NCBI RefSeq assembly: GCF_000008465.1
Contig: NC_006512.1
Location: 2,640,001 to 2,672,000, forward strand
Reading direction: 5' to 3'
From: Idiomarina loihiensis L2TR
GTDB taxonomy: Bacteria; Pseudomonadota; Gammaproteobacteria; Enterobacterales; Alteromonadaceae
Length of the DNA: 32,000 bases
Below, piece by piece: positions 1 through 9,107 of this stretch (the first letter of the stretch is position 1; each line of letters begins with the position of its first letter). Both the position numbers and the translations under genes were made by a program. The notes under the pieces are model-generated. The model ran no database searches, was not told where the DNA came from, and was given only the letters and a program-made list of their open reading frames with translations.

Positions 1-33
1 ACCATCTCATCAGGCTACGGCCACACGCACTGT

Positions 34-357
34 TTAATCGTCCAACTCTTCATCGGTTGGAATAGGTAATCCCCGGGCTTCCAGCTCTTCGCGCACAGCT
101 TTGGGGATTTTATTCGGGTTGGATTTTTGCAAGTCTTCATCTTCCGGCAGCGGCTGACCGGTAAAAGCGTGTAAAAACGCCTCACACAATAGTTCGCTGT
201 TGGTAGCATGGCGCAGATTATTAATTTGGCGACGGGTTCGTTCATCGGTCAGTACTTTTAACACGCGCGTGGGTATTGAGACCGTAACTTTTTTCACCTG
301 CTGACTCTTACGACCGTGTTCAGCATAAGGGTAAATATATTCGCCGTTCCATTTCAT
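34..357 (-). CDS. metJ: Met repressor MetJ (ribbon-helix-helix, SAM-dependent)
   Basis: The ORF is 34..429(-). From the internal ATG (cat at 355-357) it reads [71 protein letters not shown]. This is almost residue-for-residue the enterobacterial MetJ core as I recall it. MetJ proteins begin M-x-W-x-GEY, so I treat the 24 upstream codons as non-coding. Confidence 0.93.
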   Translation of the reverse strand: MKWNGEYIYPYAEHGRKSQQVKKVTVSIPTRVLKVLTDERTRRQINNLRHATNSELLCEAFLHAFTGQPLPEDEDLQKSNPNKIPKAVREELEARGLPIPTDEELDD

Positions 358-434
358 TGTTATTGTCCCGCTATATAACAAAACCACATAAGTTATAATG
401 AATTGTACCCGAATGAACGACCCCGTCAAATTTT

Positions 435-450
435 ATCCGTCTAGATGGCT
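435..450. promoter_or_regulatory. Putative MetJ operator (two tandem met-boxes) in the metJ/metL divergent control region
   Basis: ATCCGTCT-AGATGGCT matches 12/16 positions of two tandem AGACGTCT met-box consensus octamers. It lies between the divergent metJ and metL starts. Confidence 0.45.
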
Positions 451-531
451 AAAAGTTGCTGACATTTGCCTGACAATATTTTAGCCTTAGTAGCAGTTAC
501 CTAATTCAAGCGAGTAGTTAAGGAAGGCGGA

Positions 532-2973
532 ATGACAACAACTCAGCTCACAGAAGAGCAAAAGCAAGCCGTTGCCGACAGCGTTCAGGTGCATAAGTTT
601 GGCGGCAGCAGTCTTGCTGATGCGTTCTGCTATCGCCGCGTTGCCCGAATTGTCACCGAGTACGCTGGTGCCAGCGACTTAGTCGTTGTTTCGGCAGCCG
701 GAGATACAACCAACCGCATTCTTGCCATTATTAATGCTAAGGCGCAGCCAGGCGACACCGCCAGCATTCTGCTCGATCAATTAGAGAGTTTTCAGCAAGG
801 GCTGATCACCGAATTATTAAGCGGTAATTTGCAGCAGCAACTTCTGCAACAGTCGCAACAAGACTTCGCTCGCTGGCGTCGTTGGTTAGCCTGCGACGAA
901 ACCATTAGCCATAACGCAGAGTTACTCTCGTACGGCGAGCTCTGGTCTGCCCGTTTGTTATCAGCTTTACTGCAAAAGCAGGGTACCCGCGCCGACCACA
1001 TTGATGCCCGCGACTTTTTACTCGCCGCAGATGCTCCTGAACCCGTTATTCAGGTAGAACACTCGCGTGAAAAACTATTACAAAGAGTGGCTCCTCACTC
1101 GGGCACCCGCTTTATTGTTACCGGCTTTATTGCCCGCGGTTTACACGGCGAAAGTTTAACTCTGGGGCGTAACGGCAGTGACTATTCAGCAACCTTAGTA
1201 GGCAGTCTGCTGGATACACGTCAGGTTACTATCTGGAAAGACGTGGCCGGCGTTTACTCGGCAGACCCGCGCAAAGTTGAGCGCGTAGTCAGCTTACCCA
1301 CACTTGACTGGACCGAAGCCGAAGAACTGGCGCGTCTTGGCAGCCCGGTTCTGCACCCAAGAACCTTTCAGCCGGTCGACCGCCAGCGCATGGTCATTTC
1401 CGTTCGTTCCAGTTTAAAAGTAGAAAATCAGCAAACGCGTATTGGTCAGTTCCAAAATACCCAGCCCCGCGGAAAAGTCTTCACTTCGCTGTCTGAGGTG
1501 GTGTTGTTTAAGGTTGAACTGCACGACAAAGCCTTAGTAAAACGTCTGGATGAACTGGAATTAGAGCCACTGGTCAGCTGGACCGAGCCGGAAAATCATC
1601 AGCAGTATCTGGTGTTTCATCAAAACCACTTAGACTACCTGACCGGCTGGTTGGACAGTCTGGGCGCCGGTGACGCCATTACTCAAATTCGCGGCTATTC
1701 CATGCTGGCCATTGTCGGTAACCGCATTCAGGAAACCGACCAGTTCTCGACCTTTAAACTGCAACTTTCCGAACAAAAAGTGCGGCGCTTTGCCCTGACA
1801 CAAAATGGTGACTCTGCTGTTGCAATTCTGGAGCAGAAGCTTGATAACCGCTTGCTCAATCGTCTGCACAGTCAATTATTTAATTATCGTCGCAGCCTGG
1901 GCGTGCTGGTTATTGGTCGCGGCAACATTGGTACGGCCTGGCTGGAACTGTTCCGACAGCAGCGCGACCGCATTAACCAAGTGATGGACGTTCGGGTTAT
2001 GGGCATAGCCAACTCGAGGCGTTTATGGCTGGATTACAATGGCGTAGAGCTTACTCAGTGGGCAGAAGACTTCGACCGCCTGGCACGACCCTATGTACTT
2101 ACGGAACTGTTGCGCGAGCTACCAAATGCACCATACGACGAGCTGGTGGTGATTGATTTAACCGACGCCAAACAAGTCGCGCAGCTGTATCCCAGCTTGT
2201 TCGCAAACGGTCTGCACATTATCAGCGCCAACAAACGCGCGGGCTCCGCCGATGAGGCACTGTACCGTGAAATTCGTACCATTCAGCACGAGTATAAGCG
2301 TGAATGGCTATACAACACCACGGTGGGTGCCGGATTACCGCTGAATTATGCCATAAACGATTTGCGAAATTCCGGCGACGAAATTCGCAGTATCTCCGGT
2401 ATTTTCTCGGGAACCATGTCCTGGCTGTTTGAGAATTTCACCAAAGGAGTCACTTTCAGTTCACTAGTAAAAGAAGCCAAAGAGCGAGGTTACAGCGAAC
2501 CTGACCCCCGTGAAGATCTGTCCTGTCAGGACTTAGTGCGTAAATTACTGATTCTGGCGCGCGAAATTGGCTTAAAACTGGATTGGCAGGACATTGAAGT
2601 AAAAAGTCTGGTGCCGGAACATTTACGTGATTTGCCACTTAGCGAGTTTATGCAGCGCTTATCGGAACTTGATGAGCCCATGACAGCCATGCTGGACGAA
2701 GCGGCTAAAGACGGCAAAGTGCCCAGACTGCTGGCCAGCTTTACCGTCAGTGACGAACAACGGGTTACTGCTCAGGTTGGTATTGAGTACATTCCGGAAG
2801 GCGACATGCTGGCCAACTTAATACCCGGTGAAAACATCTTCGTTATCTACACCGACTGGTATTCAGAAATGCCGTTAGTTATTAGCGGGCCTGGCGCGGG
2901 TAAACACGTTACCGCCGGTGGCGTGCAGTCAGACCTGAATCAGTTGCTGAGTAAACTGGCAGTGGGAGCTTAA
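532..2973 (+). CDS. metL: Bifunctional aspartokinase II / homoserine dehydrogenase II
   Basis: 813 aa (E. coli MetL is about 810 aa). The N-terminus has the aspartokinase motif VHKFGGSSLAD. The C-terminal half has the homoserine dehydrogenase Rossmann motif VIGRGNIGTAW. An AAGGAAGG RBS precedes the ATG at 532. The gene is divergent from metJ. Confidence 0.92.
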   Translation: MTTTQLTEEQKQAVADSVQVHKFGGSSLADAFCYRRVARIVTEYAGASDLVVVSAAGDTTNRILAIINAKAQPGDTASILLDQLESFQQGLITELLSGNLQQQLLQQSQQDFARWRRWLACDETISHNAELLSYGELWSARLLSALLQKQGTRADHIDARDFLLAADAPEPVIQVEHSREKLLQRVAPHSGTRFIVTGFIARGLHGESLTLGRNGSDYSATLVGSLLDTRQVTIWKDVAGVYSADPRKVERVVSLPTLDWTEAEELARLGSPVLHPRTFQPVDRQRMVISVRSSLKVENQQTRIGQFQNTQPRGKVFTSLSEVVLFKVELHDKALVKRLDELELEPLVSWTEPENHQQYLVFHQNHLDYLTGWLDSLGAGDAITQIRGYSMLAIVGNRIQETDQFSTFKLQLSEQKVRRFALTQNGDSAVAILEQKLDNRLLNRLHSQLFNYRRSLGVLVIGRGNIGTAWLELFRQQRDRINQVMDVRVMGIANSRRLWLDYNGVELTQWAEDFDRLARPYVLTELLRELPNAPYDELVVIDLTDAKQVAQLYPSLFANGLHIISANKRAGSADEALYREIRTIQHEYKREWLYNTTVGAGLPLNYAINDLRNSGDEIRSISGIFSGTMSWLFENFTKGVTFSSLVKEAKERGYSEPDPREDLSCQDLVRKLLILAREIGLKLDWQDIEVKSLVPEHLRDLPLSEFMQRLSELDEPMTAMLDEAAKDGKVPRLLASFTVSDEQRVTAQVGIEYIPEGDMLANLIPGENIFVIYTDWYSEMPLVISGPGAGKHVTAGGVQSDLNQLLSKLAVGA

Positions 2974-2990
2974 CGCTCCCCTGCTTTTAT
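2964..2990 (+). terminator. Possible rho-independent terminator of metL
   Basis: GGGAGC-ttaac-GCTCCC is a 6-bp stem that spans the stop codon, followed by CTGCTTTTAT. The stem is short, so support is only moderate. Confidence 0.4.
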
Positions 2991-3008
2991 TACGCCGATC
3001 TTAGCTGT

Positions 3009-5471
3009 TTAGAATAAGTCGTCGTCATCGTCTTCAAAGATGTCGCCGTTCGACTGACCGTTGTCGCGACTGTATTCAGTAGGCTCAGTGCCACGTATAA
3101 AATATTCAAACCGCGTTGTGTGATCGCTTTTGTGCGACAACTTCCCGCTTTCTAAGTCGATACGAACATTCACCACTCCCGGCGGAATGCCGAAGTCGCG
3201 AGACGGAAACAGAGGCAGTGCTTTTTCCATAAACAGGATCCAGCCCGGCAGCGCCGTTTTCGCACCCGCTTCACCGCCAGTTATTGCCTGCTGACTGGAG
3301 TCGACTTCAGGATGCTTCGACGTGCGTCCCAGCTTACGCGAAACATCATCAAAACCCACCCAGACAGTCGTCGCAAGATCCGATGTAAAACCTGAGAACC
3401 AAGTATCACGAACATCGTTAGTGGTACCGGTTTTACCGGCAATATTGCGGCCTACGGCTTCAGTAATAGGTTTAGAGCGCTGAATGCGCCACGAGGTACC
3501 GTTCCAGCCAGTGCCATTTGGCCAGCTGCCGCCGCCCCACACTGCCGAGTTCATTGCCTGTTCAACCAGAAACGCATTTTGCTCGCTAATAACCTGCGGA
3601 GCCTGATTGTCACAGTCAAAACAGGCGCGCACCGGGTCGGTTTCCTCAATCACATTGCCGTCGGCGTCTTCAATGCGTTTGATAAAGTATGGCTCTACCA
3701 GAAAACCGCCGTTCGAGAACGCCGCATAAGCACGAGCCACTTGCATGGGGGTCATTGACAACGAACCCAGAGAAAGCGATTCGTTTTCAGGAATTTTTGA
3801 GCGATCCAGACCAAACTTCGCCAAATGGTCCGCTACTTTTTTAACCCCCAGTTCGCGAATTAAGCGCACCGAAACCACGTTCTTGGACTTCGCCAGCGCC
3901 TTACGCAAGCGAATAGGGCCTTCATAGACTTCGGGTGAGTTTTTTGGCCGCCAGGCTATGCCAGAGCCCGAGTTCCACTGGTTAATGGGCGCATCATTCA
4001 CCAGCGTAGCCAGAGTTAAACCTTCTTCAAAGGCAGCTGAGTAAATCAAAGGTTTAATATTAGAACCTACCTGACGCTCTGCCTGCAACGCACGGTTGTA
4101 CTGGCTTAACTGGAAACTGTAACCGCCCACAACAGCGGCAACAGCGCCATCGTCCGGGCGCAAGGATACCACCGCAGAACTCGGTTCAGGAATTTGCGCC
4201 AGGCGCCATTCACTGTTGTCATTTACCCGACGCAGCCAAATAACATGACCCGGTTGCATAATTTCATCTGCGGTTTCCGGTGGCGGGCCCTGACGTTCCT
4301 CGTTCAGATACTCCCGGGCCCAGTGCATCGCTTTCCATGGCAGGGTTAATTTGCCCTCGCCCTTAACTAATACCTCAGCCGATTGCTCTTTAACTGCGGT
4401 TACAACCGCCGGCGTTACCGCCCCAATAACACGAAGTTGCTCCAGATACTGTCGTATAGCCGGTTCTTTAACAGGCTCTTCGTTTTTCTCTGCAGACCAC
4501 AATATGCTGACAGGACCGCGATAACCGTGTCGTTCATCATAACTGTGCAGGTTATCCCAGATAGCCTGACGTGCGGCTAGCTGTACGTCACTTCTTATGG
4601 TTGTGTAAACCCGGTAACCTTCGTTATAGGCTTTGTCCTCACCATAACGATCCACCATTTCCTGACGCACCATTTCCGCCAGGTAAGGCGCGTGCACTGT
4701 CACCTCAGCGCCATGCCGTCGAGCTGTGACAGGAGCATTTGCAGCTTCTTCAAACTCAGCACGAGTAATTTTCTTCTCGTCCAGCATGCGCAATAAGACA
4801 ACGCGTCGACGAGCTTTAGAGGCAGTAGGGTTTGAAATAGGGTTCAGGTTAGACGGTGCTTTAGGCAAACCGGCAATGGTTGCCATTTGCGCCAGCGTCA
4901 GTTCGTTTAACGGCTTACCGTAGTACACCTGCGCGGCTGCACCGACACCGTGGGCACGATGACCAAAGGTAATTTTATTCAAATAAAGTTCAAGAATTTC
5001 GTCTTTACTCAACAACTGTTCAATGTGGACAGCGATAAAAGACTCTTTCACCTTACGCATCCAGGCACGGTCAAAGCTTAAGAAGAAGTTTCGCGCCAGC
5101 TGCATGGTAATGGTACTGGCACCTTCCTGAATTTCACCGGTGGTGAGCAACACGCTAAAAGCTCTGGCAACACCTATTGGATCAACCCCAAAGTGCTGAT
5201 AAAAACGGCTGTCTTCGGTAGCGAGAAAAGCGTCAATAAGCGGTTGAGGTACGTCTTCCAGTTTTACCGGAATTCGGCGCTTTTCACCAAATTGCGAAAT
5301 CAATTCACCATCGGCAGTAAACACCTGCATAGGAGTCTGCAGACGCACCTCCCGCAAGGTTTCCACACTGGGTAGCTCCGGTTTTACATAAAAGTAAAGG
5401 CTGCCAACCGTTACCCCGCCAAGAATAATACACACCAGCAAGGTGTAGATTAGCCGCTTAAACCACTTCAA
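3009..5471 (-). CDS. mrcA: Penicillin-binding protein 1A (bifunctional transglycosylase/transpeptidase)
   Basis: 820 aa with an N-terminal TM anchor. Glycosyltransferase motifs: ATEDSRFYQHFG, GASTITMQLARN, RKVKE. Transpeptidase motifs: SNIK (SxxK), SKN, KTGTT. The start codon is TTG (5469-5471) with an in-frame TAA immediately upstream and GGAG 7 nt upstream. The C-terminal tail is acidic (DDDDDLF). Confidence 0.95.
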   Translation of the reverse strand: MKWFKRLIYTLLVCIILGGVTVGSLYFYVKPELPSVETLREVRLQTPMQVFTADGELISQFGEKRRIPVKLEDVPQPLIDAFLATEDSRFYQHFGVDPIGVARAFSVLLTTGEIQEGASTITMQLARNFFLSFDRAWMRKVKESFIAVHIEQLLSKDEILELYLNKITFGHRAHGVGAAAQVYYGKPLNELTLAQMATIAGLPKAPSNLNPISNPTASKARRRVVLLRMLDEKKITRAEFEEAANAPVTARRHGAEVTVHAPYLAEMVRQEMVDRYGEDKAYNEGYRVYTTIRSDVQLAARQAIWDNLHSYDERHGYRGPVSILWSAEKNEEPVKEPAIRQYLEQLRVIGAVTPAVVTAVKEQSAEVLVKGEGKLTLPWKAMHWAREYLNEERQGPPPETADEIMQPGHVIWLRRVNDNSEWRLAQIPEPSSAVVSLRPDDGAVAAVVGGYSFQLSQYNRALQAERQVGSNIKPLIYSAAFEEGLTLATLVNDAPINQWNSGSGIAWRPKNSPEVYEGPIRLRKALAKSKNVVSVRLIRELGVKKVADHLAKFGLDRSKIPENESLSLGSLSMTPMQVARAYAAFSNGGFLVEPYFIKRIEDADGNVIEETDPVRACFDCDNQAPQVISEQNAFLVEQAMNSAVWGGGSWPNGTGWNGTSWRIQRSKPITEAVGRNIAGKTGTTNDVRDTWFSGFTSDLATTVWVGFDDVSRKLGRTSKHPEVDSSQQAITGGEAGAKTALPGWILFMEKALPLFPSRDFGIPPGVVNVRIDLESGKLSHKSDHTTRFEYFIRGTEPTEYSRDNGQSNGDIFEDDDDDLF

Positions 5472-5497
5472 TTATCTGCTCCATGACTTCATTTTTA

Positions 5498-5545
5498 TTA
5501 CGCCAGAATTTACGCCAGAACTTATTCCAGAAACACGCCAAAGTG
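5498..5545. repeat. 12-bp tandem direct repeat array (3 good units plus 1 degenerate) in the mrcA/pilM divergent intergenic region
   Basis: The units are TTACGCCAGAAT (5498), TTACGCCAGAAC (5510), TTATTCCAGAAA (5522) and CACGCCAAAGTG (5534). The 12-nt phasing is exact. The array starts 27 nt upstream of the mrcA TTG start. Confidence 0.85.
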
Positions 5546-5661
5546 TTGAAACCGAAATCACCGACATAAATTAGCTCATAACTCTTACTGACTATTATGG
5601 AGGATTTTTGTTCACAACACTACGCTTGCATCTGGCTTTTCTACAATAAGGATATTGTCTA

Positions 5662-6483
5662 ATGTCATTACTTCGGCAACAACCACTTGCTGTGCAAATT
5701 AATCGTGAAAATTGTCTGGTTTTACAATTGTCCCGCCGGGGTCGGCATTTTGTTGTCGAACATTTTTCTCAGCAGCACCAGAGCAGCTTAACCGACAAGG
5801 GCTTAAAACCAGACAGTATTGTCTCGGCACTGGACTACAGCGCAACCCACTATCAGAAAATTCCGTTAGACAATAACCTGCAGGTTGAAGAGCAATTACT
5901 GGAAAAATTACCGCCCCAGCTAAAACGCAATACCGGTATAAGCTACGACTACTGCACCCATAACCACGGGCAAGAAGCAGAAGCGGTTATTGGCCAGCGT
6001 TCAGCACTGGAGGAATTGCTGGTCTTACTGGCCCCGCTAAAAATGCCGGTGCAAGTGGTTGAACCCGTTTATCAGTCAGTAGTACGGGCAGCTAATGCGG
6101 TTTTGCCTTACCTTTGGCCTGACAATACCAAGTTCGAGACTGACATGGCGTGGATAGTCGTTGAGCTCCGTCAGCAACAATCCATTTTGCTTTATTGTAA
6201 AAACGGCGTCTTTCAGCGGCTCGACTCTGTCGACACCAACAATTTGGTGGGCTTTTTGCTTAAGGCTCAGCTGTCTCATCAATTCAGCTGGGTAATGAGT
6301 TTTGGCGATAAAGCCATTCAGTCGCAACTTGAACGGCAACTTTCTAATCAACAACTGAAGCACCTGGCGCTTTCTACAGCACCCTTTTTCCAGAACAATG
6401 TTGCCCCTATTGTTTCGGCCTTAGATAACGAATTAGTGCTGCTGGGTTTAGCTTTGCGGGGGTTCAGTCAATGGCATCGCTAA
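5662..6483 (+). CDS. PilM/HofM/ComA-like pilus assembly protein (short form)
   Basis: 273 aa. It is the first gene of a five-function operon next to mrcA, as in enterobacterial hofMNOPQ and Haemophilus comABCDE. Its size fits HofM/ComA (about 260 aa) rather than canonical PilM (about 350 aa). The C-terminal LVLLGLALRG resembles the HofM C-terminus as I recall it. The call is mostly positional. Confidence 0.65.
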   Translation: MSLLRQQPLAVQINRENCLVLQLSRRGRHFVVEHFSQQHQSSLTDKGLKPDSIVSALDYSATHYQKIPLDNNLQVEEQLLEKLPPQLKRNTGISYDYCTHNHGQEAEAVIGQRSALEELLVLLAPLKMPVQVVEPVYQSVVRAANAVLPYLWPDNTKFETDMAWIVVELRQQQSILLYCKNGVFQRLDSVDTNNLVGFLLKAQLSHQFSWVMSFGDKAIQSQLERQLSNQQLKHLALSTAPFFQNNVAPIVSALDNELVLLGLALRGFSQWHR

Positions 6484-7007
6484 ACCTGTTGCAGTGGCGG
6501 GAACAAAGCCTATGGCTACGTTACCGTGCGCTGCATTGTCTGGGGATTCTCCTGCTGCTTATTGTCGGCGCTGTATCCGTGCAATGGGTCATTTCTTATG
6601 AGAGTTACCTGAGCAACTTAAAGCATCAACTAGCGGAGCAAAAGCTGGCACTGGAAGAGCAGAACATTCAGCTAAAGCGCTGGAAGCTCTACCAAAAACA
6701 GCAGCAGTTGCAAAAGTCCTTTATCCACCGAAAGCATACTAGCCACGACATGCTCAACGCATTTTACGCTCTGCTTGAGCGAACACAGCACCAACTCCAG
6801 CAGCGCGAGCTTTCCCTTAACCAGTCACAAATGAAGCTCACCGCCATCTACCGGCAGATACAGCAGGTTAATGAACAGTATTTATGGCTGGAAAAGCAGT
6901 TAGTAAAACCCGGACTAAAACAGCAGCTATTGCCTCAGCAAGGTGTGGTGTTCTCCTACACAAGTCCTCAGAAAAACGCGGACAGCGGAGCTGAACCTAA
7001 TGGCTGA
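6471..7007 (+). CDS. PilN/HofN-like pilus assembly protein
   Basis: 178 aa. It has the N-terminal LNLLQWRE motif (PilN INLLPWR signature), then a TM helix and a Q-rich coiled coil. It overlaps the pilM-like stop by 13 nt. Confidence 0.8.
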   Translation: MASLNLLQWREQSLWLRYRALHCLGILLLLIVGAVSVQWVISYESYLSNLKHQLAEQKLALEEQNIQLKRWKLYQKQQQLQKSFIHRKHTSHDMLNAFYALLERTQHQLQQRELSLNQSQMKLTAIYRQIQQVNEQYLWLEKQLVKPGLKQQLLPQQGVVFSYTSPQKNADSGAEPNG

Positions 7008-7827
7008 ATCACTTAAAAAACCACTCTGGCTATGGGTCGGCGTTGTTGTGCTTTTCACGGTGACAGCTATTGGCGCCAGTTACTTTCTTACAAGCTATCA
7101 GGCGAGCCAGCTAAACGAGCAGCTTCGGACACAACAGAAACAACTGCAGCAGTCCGTTCCCGAAGTTCCCGAACAAACCGGGCCAGTTTTGAAGGAGCAC
7201 CCAAAAACGGAAGTCTCCACTTTATTAACGCAGGCAGCAAGGCAACACAGTGTCGACCTTTATTATCAACAAAGCCCGGAAAACGCTGAGCAGTGGCTGG
7301 TTGGTGTGAACGGAACTTACCAGAACGCGTTGCGGTTGGTCGCTTCTGTCATGCAAGCGCAGCAGGAAATGCGACAACCGTTTCCATTTACGCAAACGCT
7401 AAAGTGGCGGGACGCCGGGGAAAACAACGGCAAATTAAGCTGGCAATTTCTCTGGTTACCGGCTGACAGCCCCACGCCCTCAGAACTTAGCTCTCATTCG
7501 TTGTTTAAATCAGACTTTCCGGACGTTATCGCAGAGCCTATCGAGTGTTTGGGCAAACCTGAAATAAAAAGCGACACTCGCATTAGTGACTGGTCGCTGG
7601 TGCAGTTAATTGCCACTCAAACCTTTCCGGTAAAAAAAGCCCTGTTGAAAATACCAAATCAACCACTGCTAACACTTGCGGAAAGTAGCTGGATAGCTGA
7701 TCCGCTCATGCAGCTGCAAGGCGTTAACGGCGAGTACGCCGAATTTCAGCTTTGGGAAAAGCAAGCGGGATGCTGGTCAGCAAAGCCGTTGAAACTCCAT
7801 TTAACTAAGGACAATTCCTCACAATGA
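7000..7827 (+). CDS. Fused PilO-like / PilP-like pilus assembly protein
   Basis: The ORF track starts at the GTG at 6943. I prefer the ATG at 7000 because ATGGCTGA overlaps the pilN stop and places the TM helix (LWLWVGVVVLFTVTAIGASYF) at the N-terminus. That gives 275 aa, close to HofO (146) plus HofP (134). The N-terminal half is TM plus coiled coil plus a globular domain, like PilO. The C-terminal roughly 90 aa (LVQLIATQ...ALLKIPNQPLLTLAESSWI...LQGVNGEYAEFQLW) look like a PilP beta-domain. Confidence 0.6.
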   Translation: MAESLKKPLWLWVGVVVLFTVTAIGASYFLTSYQASQLNEQLRTQQKQLQQSVPEVPEQTGPVLKEHPKTEVSTLLTQAARQHSVDLYYQQSPENAEQWLVGVNGTYQNALRLVASVMQAQQEMRQPFPFTQTLKWRDAGENNGKLSWQFLWLPADSPTPSELSSHSLFKSDFPDVIAEPIECLGKPEIKSDTRISDWSLVQLIATQTFPVKKALLKIPNQPLLTLAESSWIADPLMQLQGVNGEYAEFQLWEKQAGCWSAKPLKLHLTKDNSSQ

Positions 7828-9107
7828 TACCAACACGACTCTCTTTTTATGTCTTTTTGCTGCTGGCTATTCTGAGTTTCCAGCCCGTGTCTGCAGTCTA
7901 TGCAGCCGACAAAAACTGGCAAAGCCTGCTTAGCGAACAACAGCGCTTACAACCGGTATCTCTCAACACCCGTAAAATGCCGCTGCGCGACCTCATACAG
8001 CTATTAGCGGATCAGCACCAACTGAACATATTGATGACCGACAACGTGAAGGGTGAGTCCAGTCTGAAGCTGAATGGTGTGGCATGGCAGGACGCATTTG
8101 CTACGTTAATCGCCAGCCATGATCTCGCTATTCGTTTGCAGGGCTCTATGCTGCGCATTGATGTTGCCGGTGAACACACCACAGATAGCAACGAGTATCA
8201 CTCGATTTTACTCAGCGTTAACTTCGCAAAGGCCAGCGACTTAGCCAAGCTACTAAAAAACGAGCAGCAAAGCTTTCTGTCACCTAACGGCGCGGTAAGC
8301 GTCGATGCACGTACCAATACACTTATTCTACGGGATACACCAGAGCAACTGGCAACTATCCGGCAACTGGTTAATGATCTGGACGTGCCGGTTAAACAGG
8401 TACTGATTGAAGCCCGCATGGTCACCGTAAAAGCGAATGTCAGTAAAGAACTGGGCATTCGCTGGGGTGTTTCGGAATACGGTCTGGCAATACCCGAAGA
8501 CGCCGGAAGTTTTGTTAAAGGCATGCAGGTAGACTTGCCTACCGCCGCACCCGCCGGCACTTTTTCTGCTAATTTAGCGCGGCTGAGCGACGATATTCTG
8601 CTGGATCTCGAATTAACCGCGCTCGAGCAGGAGAACAAAGCGGAAATTATTACCAGCCCAAAAATTTTCACGTCGAACCAACAGCCCGCTTACATAGAGC
8701 AAGGTACTGAGATACCTTATGTAGAAACCGCCGCACACGGCGCTACCGCCGTGCAGTTTAAAAAAGCGGTAATGGGCTTAAGCGTTACACCGCAAATTAC
8801 TCCCAACAACCATGTTTTAATGGAGCTGACCATAACTCAGAACACGCGCGGCGATACCGTTGCCACCCCAACCGGCCCAGCTGTTGCTATCGATACTCAG
8901 GAAATGTCGACCCGTGTGCTGGCAAAAAATGGCGAAACTATCGTTCTGGGCGGAATCTTTCAGGAACATAACTTGAATGATGACAGTCGCGTCCCCATCT
9001 TAGGGTCGCTGCCATTAATCGGGAAATTGTTCTCTCATCAGCAGCAACGCGATGAAAAGCGGGAACTTATGATTTTTGTAACACCAACGATATTGCCACA
9101 AAGTTAG
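7824..9107 (+). CDS. pilQ: Type IV pilus / competence secretin (HofQ/ComE-type PilQ, no AMIN domains)
   Basis: 427 aa with a signal peptide ([16 protein letters not shown]) and N0/N1 domains. The C-terminal secretin signature is [14 protein letters not shown]...[12 protein letters not shown]. The ATGA start overlaps the previous stop. Confidence 0.9.

Noticed and set aside
15-245. 76-aa minus-strand ORF overlapping metJ in another frame
   Set aside because: It lies entirely within the well-supported metJ gene and has a low-complexity, Cys/Lys/Arg-rich composition. It is a shadow ORF.
358-429. 24-codon N-terminal extension of the metJ ORF ([24 protein letters not shown]...)
   Set aside because: MetJ proteins start at M-x-W-x-GEY. 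The extension is hydrophobic junk read through the promoter region, and the ATG at 357 gives the canonical length.
5547-5562. TGAAA-N6-TCACC, a CRP or CRP-S-like site upstream of the pilM-like operon
   Set aside because: It matches only 7/10 of the TGTGA-N6-TCACA core and lacks the TGCGA/TCGCA features of CRP-S sites. This is too weak to call by eye.
6943-6999. GTG-initiated extension of the PilO/PilP-like ORF that overlaps pilN by 65 nt
   Set aside because: The ATG at 7000 overlaps the pilN stop (ATGGCTGA) and places the TM helix at the N-terminus. The upstream 19 codons have no RBS and overlap coding sequence.
8198-8671. 157-aa ORF antisense to the secretin gene
   Set aside because: It has the Ser/Ala/Arg-rich composition typical of the antisense frame of a real gene, with no RBS and no recognisable motif.
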